Below, piece by piece: positions 1 through 15,269 of a stretch of DNA of 64,000 nt (positions are counted from its first letter, which is position 1; every line of letters begins with the position of its first letter). A model generated the notes under the pieces. That model had not been told where the DNA came from, made no database searches, and was given only the letters and a program-made list of their open reading frames with translations. The DNA is from Octopus sinensis (lineage: Eukaryota), in NCBI RefSeq assembly GCF_006345805.1, contig NC_043005.1, forward strand, positions 104,904,001 to 104,968,000, read 5' to 3'. The translations under genes were made by a program, and so were the position numbers.

Positions 1-139
1 AGGAGGAGGAGAGAGAGAGAGAGAGGGGGAAGAAACCAGAAAGGGTGAAAAATAAGAAGGAGAGAGACAAGTAGAGAGGAAGACAGACAGGCAGGGAGGA
101 AAGTCAAGTAAAGAGTAAGAGTGCGCGTCATGATTATTC

Positions 140-291
140 AAATAAAAACTTACTTGGAGAAGAGAAGCGACGCGTGCGTTCGGTCATATAATAACAATAT
201 AATAAATAAATAAAATATATTATTTTTATTATATTGTTATTATATGATCGAACGCACGCGTCGTTTCTCTTCTCCAAGTAAGTTTTTATTT
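140..291. repeat. Long near-perfect inverted repeat (fold-back/MITE-like hairpin), ~67-bp arms, ~18-nt AT loop
   Basis: aaataaaaacttacttggagaagagaagcgacgcgtgcgttcggtcatataataacaatataataaa (140-206) is the reverse complement of 225-291 with two differences. Confidence 0.9.
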
Positions 292-414
292 ATATATACA
301 TATATATATATATTAATATATATAGATGTACATATATATATATTCCTCTCTCTCACTCTCTTACACACATTTAAACAGGTACATACGCTACATTACAAAT
401 GCATACATTGTTGT

Positions 415-604
415 CCCCACCATCACTTGATAACCGACGTTTGTGTGTTTACTTTCCCGTAACTTAGCGGTTCGGCAGAGTGACCGATAGGTTAAGTACT
501 ATGCTTACAAAGAATAAGTCTTGGGGTCAATTTGTTCGACTAAAGGCGGTGCTCCAGCATGGCCGCAGTCAAAATGACTGAAACAAATAAAAGAATAAAA
601 GAAT
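415..604 (+). mobile_element. SINE family B 3' module (dispersed repeat)
   Basis: The ...aacttagcggttcggc...aagaataagtc...ttcgactaaaggcggtgctccagcatggccgcagtcaaaatgactgaaac module recurs at 668, 1205, 13800(-), 26280, 30725(-), 36040 and 63500. Confidence 0.8.
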
Positions 605-667
605 ACATGTGTATGTATGTATGTATGTATGTATGTATGCATGCATATATGTGTGTCTGTGTTTGTC

Positions 668-838
668 CCACTACTATCAGTTGTCAACCGACGTTGATGT
701 GTTTACACCCCTGTAACTTAGCGGTTTGGCAAAAGAGACCGATTGAATAAGTACTAGGCATACAAAGAATAAGTCCCAGGATATATTTTTTCGACTAAGG
801 GCGGTGCCCCTGTAACAAGTAAAAGAATAAAAGAATAT
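668..838 (+). mobile_element. SINE family B 3' module, truncated
   Basis: Similar to 415-604. Confidence 0.75.
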
Positions 839-1024
839 ATATATATATATATATACGCGTGTATATGCACACATGTATATATATGGAGAGAAACAAATGT
901 ATATTATTGAGTGTTGTTTTACTTAATGTAAATTGAAACCTCCACCAACTGTTTCTCCGAGTTTCATGCTTCTGATCATTGAACGGCAGTAAATAATTAT
1001 GTGTGTACAACCGGTGTGCTGTAC

Positions 1025-1390
1025 CTTGGGCAAGTCTAATCTGTTGTAAACCTCGGGCAACCAATGATTTGTGAGTGAATTGAGAAGACGAAACTGTACG
1101 GAATCCCGTTGTATATATATATATGTGTGTGTGTGTGAGTGTATATGCATGCGTGTGTGTGTGTTCGCGCGCGTGTATCTTTGTGCTTATGTTTTTTCCT
1201 AGTCCGTCGCTTGACAAGTGGCGTTGCTTTGTTTACGTCCTCGTAACCTAGCAGTTCGGCCAAATTGACGGAAAGAATATGTATCAGACTTTCAAATAAG
1301 TACTAGGGTTGATTTGTTCGACTAAAACCTCTGAGGTGCCCCAGCATGGCCACTAGCCTTTGACTAAAACAAGTTAAAGATAAAGAAAGG
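1025..1390 (+). mobile_element. Composite SINE B/C, diverged (partial head, internal TA/TG microsatellite, 3' module)
   Basis: gaagacgaaactg...cccgttgtatatatat, then (TG)n, then the gtcgcttgacaa...gactaaaac module; same order as 35685-36225. Confidence 0.65.
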
Positions 1391-1406
1391 ATATATGATA
1401 TCCTGC

Positions 1407-1469
<63 letters not shown>

Positions 1470-1687
1470 TATGTGTGTGTGTGTGTGTATAAAACCACAA
1501 ACATCTTTCAATCTAACAATTTAAATTTAGGTCCTGATTGGCATCTGGGGTGGAAAGAGGGTATATTCTTCAATTTTGCATGTTGGCGTTTCGGTGACTA
1601 AGTGTATAATATTTTTCTGCTTTTTTTTTGTTCTGTTTTCCCTTTTTTTTTTTATTTGTTAGAGAACATATGGACATTCAAAAAATC

Positions 1688-1842
1688 TTTATCTGATGTA
1701 AAATATATGTAATAAAAATGTTAAAATTTATAAGGATATGTGACAAAAGGTCAAATGCCACAAAAATCTATGAATTTATATTCTTATAAATTTATAATTT
1801 TTTATTACTTATTTTTATAACACATATATTTTATCAGATAAA
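1688..1842. repeat. Imperfect AT-rich fold-back hairpin
   Basis: Nested complementary pairs tttatctgat(gt)aaaatatatgt / acatatattttatcagataaa and aaatttataag / cttataaattt. Confidence 0.7.
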
Positions 1843-2269
1843 AACAGTTTTTAAATGCTCGTAAGCACTTTCGCAAAACGGCAGCAATATATGCACCCGA
1901 ATACTCCTATGCAGATTACAAGAATATGACACTTTTCCACCCCAGCATCCAATCAGAACCCAGCACTATATTCACACATTTCCGGTGCTTTTATGCAAGA
2001 GGATATACATATTTCTCGATATACATATTTCTCCATTGACTGGTGTCCGAAGAACGAATATGTGGAACTGGGAGCAACGAGCAAAGTTTCCAGATGACAA
2101 TGTATGTATGTATGTATATAAGTGTATATGCCTGCATGCATATGTATACATATATGTGTGTATGTATATGTGTGTGTATTTGTATACACATACGCACATC
2201 CACACATTTAAATGGTGTTCTTGATGATATGAAATTACCTAAGATACTGCAAATTAATAACAAAACAAA

Positions 2270-2480
2270 AAGACAGCGAGCTCAGAAACGTTAGCACGCC
2301 GAACAAAAGTGTTTTGCAACATTTAGTCCGTCTTTCTTTTCTGAGCTCAAATTCCGACGAGGTCGACTTTGTCTTTTATCCCTTTTGGGGTCGGTAAAAT
2401 AAGTACTAGTTGAACACTGGTGTCGGTGTAATCGACTTACCCCCTCACCCGAAATTACTGTCCTTGTTCCGAAACCAATA
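2270..2480 (+). mobile_element. tRNA-headed SINE family A, diverged
   Basis: cagaaacgttagcacgcc...gagctcaaattccgacgaggtcgacttt matches the family A copies at 10549 and 47233. Confidence 0.75.
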
Positions 2481-2638
2481 ACACTATACAATATGTATAT
2501 AAGAAAAAGATACCCAATTAAGACTAAACCTGATCTGTTGGAATTTTACAGTGTCATGTACTGGCGGATCTTCGACACTGCCATATTTAATTTACAGATG
2601 AAAACAACATGATTACGGATAATAAGGTTTTAGGAACA

Positions 2639-2749
2639 CAATTTCCCTTTGGCGGAACTGTTATCCATCTATGCGCGATTTGGTTAGTATAGGCAACCGC
2701 TTTAACTCGCGCATAGATATACACTGCCGCCTAAGTCGCGGGAAAATTG
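2639..2749. repeat. Structured hairpin element (~110 nt)
   Basis: atctatgcgcga (2667-2678) / tcgcgcatagat (2707-2718) is a perfect 12-bp inverted repeat, with outer caatttccc..ggcgg / ccgcc..gggaaaattg and inner ggtt/aacc pairs. Confidence 0.7.
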
Positions 2750-4005
2750 TAATCATTCCCAGCCAAGCCTCCAAGAAAGTCTGACGTAATTTGTCATGTC
2801 GTTGTCGGAACTAATCGAAGGAAGAAACACTCTAAAACTAAATAACTATTTATGTATCAATTACTTTCGCATTCTGAAGACATTTACTAAAACTAGTAAA
2901 TTGAAACGATCGTAAATGCTACCTTCTTTGCTATTTACTAAAATTAAAGGCATACTATCGAAAGCGACACGTTTCCCCTTGTTATTTACATCCATTTTCT
3001 TTTCGTATATATATATATATATATATACATGCATACATGCATACATACATACACACATATATACATATATACATACGTTCATACATACACATATATATAT
3101 ATATACATTGCTTCATCTGGACGGCTATCGTCTGTTAAGATGCAACCATAATCATACACATACACACATATGTGTGTGTGTATATAATTATATATATATT
3201 ATATATATACCTGTGTATATAATTATCTTCACGCTCAGCAAACTGTGACTTTTGTTAAATCATATCCTACCCCCGTTGTTTACTCTTTGTGCTCGTTGCA
3301 ATATGTAATATCTTTTCCCTTTCACTTCTTCCAATCATTAGACTGCAGCGATGCTGGGACAACGCCTTTCAGGATCTCTGTAGATGAATCAATCGACATT
3401 AGTAGGAATAGTTTTTCTAAAGTCAAGTACTTATTCTATTGGTCACTTTTGCCAAACCGCTACTTACTGAAATGTAAGCACGCTTGTCACAGGTTGTCAA
3501 GCGGTGGTGGAGGACAAACAGAGAGAAAGTCAGACAGACATACAGACATTTTTACATCTATATATACATATATATATATTTTTTTTTTATCTTATTTTAT
3601 CTAGTTTCAGCTCACGAGCTGTGGCCATGCTGGGGCACCGCCATTTGGTGTTGCTACATGATTTTACTTCACGAATGCTTTTTAGCAACTGCCATTTGGT
3701 GCATGAGAGAGTTCGATGCAGCTGCCCTCATCTGCACCTCCTGCCGTGAAGTTGGTTCATCCGGGACACCAGTCCTACTTTGAATACATCCTACTTTAAA
3801 GACATATATATATGGATATTCTCATTGTCGATGCCAATCGCCATATAGGTACAAATGTAATTATTTCCCAAATAAATTACACTTCATATCCGAGGCTCAG
3901 CTGAGGCTAGAAAGGGCCAGTCAAACACTATGAGTTCATTGTACCTCATAGCAGAAATATCTGTAAGCTAATGATGTCTTAAGTTAATCATTTATTCCTT
4001 TTTCA

Positions 4006-4065
<60 letters not shown>

Positions 4066-4360
4066 TCATACATAAGTTCGTAAATATATGTATGGTTACA
4101 TACGTGTATGTGTGTGTACCTAAATATATGTATATATTCTATATGTATATTCTATATGTATATTCTGAAAATGTTGCACGCACACACATATTTAGATTCA
4201 AAGTGCATATATAGGTTGATAAGTACGCATGTATTTAATATGAAGGTTAATGGGTAGATTGGTAGGTAGTTATGTAGGATATAGGTAAGGAGATAGGTTA
4301 GCTAGTATGTAGACTTATAGGTTTATAGATGTGTAGCTTGGTACGTGTATAGCTTGTTAA

Positions 4361-4409
<49 letters not shown>

Positions 4410-4777
4410 TAGTCAAATAATGCTGTTGAACTTGGACTAATCATAAGGAATGCTATAATATTGCTTCTTTCATTTATGAGAAAAGATGTATAGGAAGAAA
4501 GATAAAAATAAGAACACAAACACAGTGGCACACGTATATGTATAATACATGACCACATGCATATGTGTATGTGTACAGTCATAGTAATACACATATACAA
4601 GCGTACGGTAAGTTATGGTTACAGATTTTGACAGATGCTCTTGTTCATATAAACACACATATATTATGTTAGAATATATTAAACTTTTATATGCATATAC
4701 ATAGATATAATAAGAATATACGAATATATATGTATACATATACATACATTCATATATCATATACATACAAATAAATA

Positions 4778-4863
<86 letters not shown>

Positions 4864-4929
4864 TACATTTGTTCAGTAAGTATATCTTTCATCACACATA
4901 CACACACACATATTTATATACAATCGATA

Positions 4930-7230
<2,301 letters not shown>

Positions 7231-7405
7231 TACATACATACATACATATATACATATATATACATATATAGACATACATACATACATATATATATATATC
7301 ATATATATATTATATATATACATATATATATATACATATATGTACATACATATATATGTATACATATATATATATATATACATGTATATACATGTATATA
7401 TATAC

Positions 7406-7480
<75 letters not shown>

Positions 7481-8102
7481 TTACACACACTCAAACACAC
7501 GCACCCACACCCACACCCACACACGAAAGTCAAACAATGCGGCTCTATAGAAATTACACCTTTCAACATACAGAGCTGCCGAGTTTTCTGAATGCTCGTG
7601 CGTGGTGGGGTTGTGGGTGGTGGCGATGGTGGTTGCGGTGGTTATCGTGATGGTCATGGTTATTAGTGGTGGCACTAGTTTCGCTGTTGTTATTATTTGT
7701 TGTGGTTTGTGGCTTTGCTCATTTAAGTAGAAATGTTAGTGTGGGTGGTTGTACTAGTGGTTGTTTTAACACCAATTAAGTGTAAATCTTTGATCAAGAC
7801 TGTTGCGACTTTACACTATTCTTTATTTTTTTCCTACGTAGGGGAAACCCTCGTTATTTGACGTGTTCCTTTTCAAAAACTTAGAATGTGAATTGTAGTA
7901 GATTCTGCTGCTATTTCTAGCAGGTCCACCGATCACATATTGGTATACTGGTTGCCTCGTGTCAGTGATTAGTGACGCTGTTCGTTTGAGGTGGAGTGCG
8001 CGAGTGTGAGGAGTGATGAAAATTTTGTGGTAGTAGTAGTAGTAGTGGCTGTTGTTGTTAAGCAACAAGACGGGTAAGGGTGATTAGGTGATGGTCTAGG
8101 GC

Positions 8103-8228
8103 TTAGGGGCGGGAGACCCTAGGCCTTGAAAAAACTTTGGTCGTCTTCTTGTTGACGCCCGACACCACTGTGAGGTGGCCCTCGAATTCGCTGGAAATAG
8201 AGATCTCCAGGTCCAAATTCTTGAATGG
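8103..8228 (-). other. Possible isolated coding exon (unassigned)
   Basis: A GC-richer island between microsatellites. After a TAG it reads PFKNLDLEISISSEFEGHLTVVSGVNKKTTKVF... with mostly C/G third positions. No homology recognised. Confidence 0.2.
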
Positions 8229-8324
8229 CTAGTAGTAGTGGTGGTGGCTGTGGTGGTTAATGACCGTTGAGGTGGTCATGAGACGAGGTGGTGCTTAATG
8301 TTACTTACTTCATCGACCGCGAAA

Positions 8325-8437
8325 AAAGGAAAGGCAAAGTCGAACTCGGCGGAATTTGAACTCAGAACGTGAAGACGGACGAAGTACTACTAAGCACTTT
8401 GCTTGGCGTGTTAACGACTCTGCCAGCTCGCAGCCTT
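8325..8437 (-). mobile_element. SINE family A 5' part
   Basis: aaaggcaaagtcgaactcggcggaatttgaactcagaacg...ctctgccagctcgcagcc is the reverse complement of the family A head. Confidence 0.8.
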
Positions 8438-8632
8438 CACAGGGAGCTATAAATATCAAGTAATATAACAAAAACCAAAATCCTCCCCTGGTTTTAGTTC
8501 ACAACTACCACACCACTCATTAACAACTACCATGAAAATTTAATAATAAACTCTATTGTCCCACAACCAATTCGACAAGCATAACAATTTGATTTCACTA
8601 TTATCACCTCAGAACTGCCAAAATTGTTACTT

Positions 8633-9046
8633 ATTTCTATATTGCCCACAAGGGGCTAAACATAGAGGGGACGAACAAGGACAGACAAACGGATTAAGTC
8701 AATTACATCGATCCCAGTGCGTAACTGGTACTTAATTTATTGACTCCGAAAGGATGAAACGCAAAGTCGACCTCGGCGGAATTTGAACTCAGAACGTAAC
8801 GGCAGACGAAATACCTATTTCTTTACTACCCACAAGGGGCTAAACACAGAGGGGACAAATAGGGACAGATAAACGGATTAAGTCGATCATATCGACTCCA
8901 GTGCGTAACTGGTACTTATTTAATCGACCCCGAAAGGATGAAAAGCAAAGTCGACCACGGTGGAATTTGAACTCAGAACGTAGCGGCAGACGGAATACTG
9001 CTAAGCATTTCGCCCGCCGTGCTAACGTTTCTGCCAGCTCGCCGCC
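8633..9046 (-). mobile_element. SINE family A, full copy (8817-9046) plus a tandem partial second unit (8633-8816)
   Basis: Two consecutive bodies joined at gacgaaatacct|atttctttactaccc. The head ggcggcgagctggcagaaacgttagcac has A-box-like and B-box-like (gagttcaaattcc) motifs. Confidence 0.88.
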
Positions 9047-9863
9047 TTTTTCTGCCGCACTGGACAAAATGCTCAGTGGTATTTCGTTCGTCTTTACGTT
9101 CTGTGTTCAAAGTCTGCCGTGGTCGACTTTGTATTTCATCCTTTCATGGACAGCGCAGTAATTAAGTAGCAGTTAAGCAATGGGAGCACATGTAATCGAC
9201 TGTCTCTCTCTCACTAAAAATTCAGGCCGTGAGCTTATATCAGAAACTATTATTCCCAGACAAGTACTACTGCCACTACTCCCCCCCCCCAACCAGCACT
9301 GTTTTAATCACCTTAACTCACAGGTCACACATCTACCACTACCTTAATCAGTACTCTAAACAGAATTGTCGTTGCGCTTTTCAACACCTTAAAATTAGTT
9401 ACTTCATAAGCCGCGTTTTGATGGCCACCTCTAATTATTTAATTTCATTCACGTCATTAAGATCCTTCAGTTGATATCTCATTATTCCTTTAGAGAAAAC
9501 TGGAGGGCGGGGAATTCCCTGCAAAATATATCACATCGATATTGTTATTACAATCACCAAAACATATTTCAGTTTACAATCGAAGAAATCTAAGCTGAGT
9601 CCACGATTTCATCACACCGTCACCGCAACCACTATCTTCTCATTAATACTTCATCTACCTACATCACTACCACTACAACCAAATGAACCACCATCTCATC
9701 TTCCATTTCAGATACCACACACCTCCACTACACCTTTGTTAATACAGGATATTTTATGTCTTGGTAGAAAAAAATACTTGTTGAGTTTTTTTTCATCATT
9801 AATATATATTCACAAAAGAAGGTGATCTTATTATTGTTATTCTGCTACTATTGATGGTGATAA

Positions 9864-9897
<34 letters not shown>

Positions 9898-9919
9898 CGA
9901 TGACGTAGTATCATGGCTC

Positions 9920-10360
9920 ATTCATGTAGGGAATTGTTGATAGATGTGTCCAGGTATAAGTGGTTTATCTCGGTATCCCTTGACGAAATTTGTCCAGATA
10001 TAGTTTGAAGGGAATGGAACCGTTTCTTCTTTGATTTGTTTTGGGATAATGTTAACTTACAGCAGGGCCTGTTGAGCAAAAGAAATTACGTTGCAGTGTT
10101 GTGAGTCTGGGAGCAAATGACATATGGTCCCATCTTTGGATCAATTCTGACTCGAATATTAAGGTCATTTGGGCAAAGCTTGTCGTATGTTTTCCACATT
10201 GTACAAATGACGTAGCGCTCAGGGCGGTGCTGGAGAGAATAAAGATTCAATGTTTTAAGGTGGTCCGAATAATCATGATCTGTCATCGCTTTTAAGGTTT
10301 TTTCTTGAATGATTTGGGAAAAATTTTGCTTCTCTTTTTTGCTTGTTAACGGCCGCATAA
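9920..10360 (-). mobile_element. CR1/L2-group LINE ORF2 C-terminal remnant
   Basis: DYSDHLKTLNLYSLQHRPERYVICTMWK...LCPND resembles the CR1-group LxxLxLYSLxxRRERY motif; downstream STGPA...FKLYLDKF..GIP is in shifted frames. Confidence 0.65.
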
Positions 10361-10548
10361 AGGCTCGTAGTCTGGTGTTATTTGTAGTAGTGTAGTATAG
10401 TGCAGTTGTGTAGGGAGGCTATAGTACAAGAACTACTTTACACCGCCATATTTACAAGTGTTTGAATCTACCGTCATTTAGGAAAAAATGTTCTTGGTGG
10501 AAATGAAGTCTTGGTGATCTTGATGAATATAATATCGCTAAGTATAAA

Positions 10549-10778
10549 GGCGGCGAGCTGGCAGACACGTTAGCGCACCGGGCGAAATGCTTAGCGGTAT
10601 TTCGTCTGCCGTTACGTTCTGAGTTCAAATTATGCCGAGGTCGACTTTGCCTTTCATCCTTTCGGGGTCGATGAAATAAGTACCAGTTACGCACTGGGGT
10701 CGATATAATCGACTTAATCCGTTTGTCTGTCCTTGTTTGTCCCCTCTGTGTTTAGCCCCTTGTGAGCAATAAAGAAAT
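10549..10778 (+). mobile_element. tRNA-headed SINE family A, full-length
   Basis: ggcggcgagctggcagacacgttagcgcac...gagttcaaattatgccgagg...cccttgtgagcaataaagaaat. Confidence 0.9.
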
Positions 10779-10889
10779 ATATAAGATCGCAAAGTGTGAT
10801 ATAGCTAAGCCACTATTTCTTGCAGATGAACCGACCAAGTAAAGACTTGGTCACCACAACATGGAATGGTAATGGTGGTGGTGGTGGTG

Positions 10890-11114
10890 GTGGCAGAAAC
10901 GTTAGCACGCCGGGCGAAATGCTTAGCAGTATTTCGTCTACCACTACGTTCTGAGTTCAAATTCCGCCGAGGTCAACTTTACTTTTCATCTTTTCGGGGT
11001 CGATTAAATAAGTACCAGATACACACTGGGGTCGATATAATCGACTTAATCCGTTTGTCTGTCCTTGTTTGTCCCCTCTATGTGTAGCCCCTTGTGAGCA
11101 GTAAAGAAATAGGT
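10890..11114 (+). mobile_element. SINE family A
   Basis: Near-identical to 10549-10778; ends aaagaaataggt. Confidence 0.88.
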
Positions 11115-11479
11115 GGTGGTGTTGGTGGTAGAGCAGGTTAGTGCTGATAGTTATTGGTAAAAAATGGGGGGATGTAAATTTCGTAACGGTTGGCAAAGAG
11201 TTCAGAAAATGGTAAGAATAATAGCATATTATTCACAATGTATCTAAATGTCTTCGCTTGTTTAGCTCCTTCAATATAATTCTCAGACAGGCGATTGAAA
11301 TAATGCCTTCTTTTCAAAATTTCTGGAAGTAGGTACGCTTCCATTGATATACTTAATGCTACAAACAATTGCTACCAACTTGTAGTAGTAGTAGTAGTAG
11401 TAGGTAGTAGTAGTAGTAGTAGTAGTTGTCGTTGTTGTTATTCTTGTTGTTGTAACTGTTGTTGTTGCTGTTGAGCGAA

Positions 11480-11830
11480 CAAGGGCTCGCAAGATGGGAG
11501 GAGTCCGAAACGTGGTCCTTTGCTATTCGTAAGACCTGCAAAAGAGAAAGCAGGTCAACCCCCGACACCGAGAGCATCGACGGATGGATGAATGTGCATC
11601 CAGGCTCAGCGGTTGCGTAGGAAGTCGGGGACAAGAAACAGGAAGAAAGAGTAAGAGAAAGTTGGGGCGAAAGAGTACAACAGGGGTCGCCACTACGCCC
11701 TGCCAGAGCCTCGTGGAGCTTTATGTGTTTTCGCTCAATAAACACACACAACGCCCGGTCAGGGAATCGAAAACGCGATCCTCCGACCGCGAGTCAGCTG
11801 CCCTAACCACTGGGCCATTGGGCCTCCACT
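11480..11830 (-). mobile_element. tRNA-derived SINE family D
   Basis: Minus-strand head gtggaggcccaatggcccagtggttagggcagctgac...cgttttcgattccc has pol III A and B boxes. Related heads at 33625-33735(-), 47090(+) and 54450-54548(-). Confidence 0.8.
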
Positions 11831-12568
11831 GTTGTTGTCGATGTTGAGGACAACGACAACGACGATAACAATAATGATGATGACGACGATGACAACGACG
11901 GCGATGACGACGATGTAAATGATGATGATGATGATGACGACGATGGTGATGATGATGATGCTATTGTCACCGGTTCCTTCAGTTCTTTATAACTTTCGTT
12001 TTGCTGACACTTAAATTGCCATTGTAATTAATTTTGTTTTTATCACTGCAGCTGTTTTTTCCATTCTGCTGTTTGCTCTTAGTTTTAAATATCTCGGCAT
12101 TTTTTTTCCTGTTTTCCTGATGTTCATCATTTTTATTGTTTCTCTTGTTAACGTTTGCATTTATTTTTGTTTTTCAAATTGTCAGCATCGTCATAATACT
12201 TGTAGTTGTTGTTGTTGCTGCTGTTGCTGTTCTAATGCCATTTATTGTTTTAAATTCGTGAGTAATATCTAATTTAAAAGAATAAAAATTAAGTAAACAA
12301 ATCTTTTGATATTTTTCCTCCTCGGTCGTCTCTGAGACTTTATGCTTCGAAATATCTAATTTTCAGCCAGATTGAGAAGGGGCATAGGGATGAGCCAACA
12401 AATGAGTGAAGACGGGGAAGACACAGTTAAGGGATGATGATGGGTTATACATGTATATAAATGTGTATACGTGTGTATATAAACATGAGTGTGTGTGTGT
12501 GTATATAATTATGTATGTAATTGTAAGTATATGTATGCTCATATATATATGTAATGTATTAATAAGTT

Positions 12569-12654
<86 letters not shown>

Positions 12655-12739
12655 ATGAACATATATATATATATATATGTAATATATATATATATAATAT
12701 ATATCTGTATGTGAGTATATATATATATAAAGCATATGC

Positions 12740-12817
<78 letters not shown>

Positions 12818-13283
12818 AATATATATATACATACACATACATACATGCATACATATGTGCATACGTACACACACACACACACACACAAACAAAGAAATCT
12901 ATCTAAAAACAGAAACATGCAGAGGAAGAGAAAAAGGTGAAAGATGGAGAATGGGAGAGAGAGAGAGACATCAAGAATGAAACTGGAACAGTGGAAGGTA
13001 TTGGGTTTCGGTTCTCAGAAGCATGAAGAAGAAGTGGGATTGTTGTGGGAGGAGTATGAGGTAGATCAGGTGTTAAAAAGCAGGATATATATTTTGATCC
13101 AATTACATAATCTGAATAATTGTGAAAGACTTTCAGATAAGTGCAGTGCAATTTAATAATATTAAATCTAGAAATTAATTCAGAATCTCTAGCTAAGTGA
13201 AATCAATAAGTTAGAATAACGTCTTCCAAAATAGTAAAGTGATTTTATTTTATTTCACTGTAATGTACATATATATATATGTA

Positions 13284-13326
<43 letters not shown>

Positions 13327-13349
13327 TATATATAATATATATATATATA

Positions 13350-13385
<36 letters not shown>

Positions 13386-13794
13386 CAAAGAAGTTTGCAT
13401 GCCAATGTACGTGTGTGTTTCTTTGAGTACAGCTGAAAATAAATGATATATATATATATATATATTATATATATGAATTTATTCTTATGGTTCTATATAT
13501 GTGGGTTTTTACATTAAATGTTATTTGTCTCTCCCCCACACACAATCATACAAACACACAATCACACAGACTCTCACTCACTCACTCACACATACACCTA
13601 TCATCCTATATTTAACTATATCTCCATAATTAGGTTTTCATTGTTCCCAACTCCCCCTTCGTCTCCATTTAGGTAATTCTCTTTCAACTTCATATATATA
13701 TATACATACATATGCATATATATATATATATATTAAAGTATATATGTATATACATATATATGTATACATATATATACATTTATGTATATATGTT

Positions 13795-14025
13795 ATTTAT
13801 ATTCTTTTACTCTTTTATTTGTTTCAGTCATTTGACTGCGGCCATGCTGGAGCACCGACTTTAGACGAGCAAATTGACCCCAGGATTTATTCTTTGTAAA
13901 CCTAATACTTTTTCTACCGGCCTCTTTTTCCGAACCGCTAAGTTACAGAGACGTAAACACACCAGCATTGGTTGTCAACCGATTTTGGGGGGGACAAATA
14001 CAGATATGCAAACATACTCACACAC

Positions 14026-14058
<33 letters not shown>

Positions 14059-14061
14059 TGC

Positions 14062-14123
<62 letters not shown>

Positions 14124-14300
14124 TATATATATACATATATACGACAGGCTTCTTTCAGTTTCCGTCTACCAAACCCACTCACAAGGCTTTGGTCGGCCTG
14201 AGACTATAGTAGAAGACACTCACACAAGGTGCCACACAGTGGGACTGAACCTAGAACCATGTGGTTGGTCAGCAAGCTACTTAGCACGCACCCACTCACG
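13795..14300 (-). mobile_element. Composite SINE B/C with internal (TA)n(TG)n microsatellite
   Basis: tRNA-like head (14160-14300), microsatellite (14015-14160) and 3' module (13795-13990), in the same order as 30720-31110 and 35685-36225. Confidence 0.85.
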
Positions 14301-15269
14301 TAAATATATATAGATATGCATATATACTATAGATATAAATATATATATATACATATATATGTTATATATATATATACACACACATCCTCGTGCCTGCACA
14401 CCACACATACGCACACTTGCATGCACACAAATATGAATATGTTCACATATATAATATGCAAATTTAAGTTTTATAACTCTGTAAGTATACCGCATACTCA
14501 TGCTTCTATTTACGTGGTTTTTTGTTTTGACGTATACTTTTGCGCGCGCATGTGTGTGTGTGTGTGTGTGTGTGTGTACATGTGCTTATCTGTGAGTGCG
14601 TGCAGGACGTAACTGTGCCTGAATGGTAAGATACGTGGTTGAGTTATTTGAAACAATAGAGTACGTGACAAAATTGTTAACATCTCACTTGGCACTTTCG
14701 ACCAATTTCCACTCTCGTTGATGGACAAAGTCTAGAAATACAAAATTCTATATCGCTCCCGATTTGTACTTCGTAAAGCTCGAGTTTCTAATTTACCAAA
14801 TTTAGGAGCAATATATGTACAGGCATGGCGTTTTAAATGTATGCATGTATGTATGTATGTATGTATGCATGTATGTATGTATGTATGTATGTATGTATGT
14901 ATGTATGTATGTATGTATGTATGTATGAATGAATTTATTGTGTGTGAGGTATGTATGTTAAATTTTATTTCCTGTCTATTTATATTCAGCCTGGAAAACC
15001 GGTTGATTTCTAACAAAGGATAAATTTAGATGACAGGAGTAATAGATTTAGTTGTTGCGCTTCAGAAAAATCTTGCACATTTCTATTGTTCTGCTTACTT
15101 ATTGGCTTTACCAAACATTTCTACACGCATGTATGCGTGTATGCATGTATATGTGTATGTCATTATTCAGTTTTATTTCAAGATTTCTTGCCAATAGAGG
15201 AAGAGTAGGTTTCTAACCTAGATCCAAGGCTCCTTCGTTGGAATTTCAACAACATCAACAAGGTATTTT

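Noticed and set aside
11470-11545. Strong minus-strand splice acceptor (ttctcttttgcag) with a polyQ-like reading
   Set aside because: It lies inside a tRNA-derived SINE body and runs into microsatellite.
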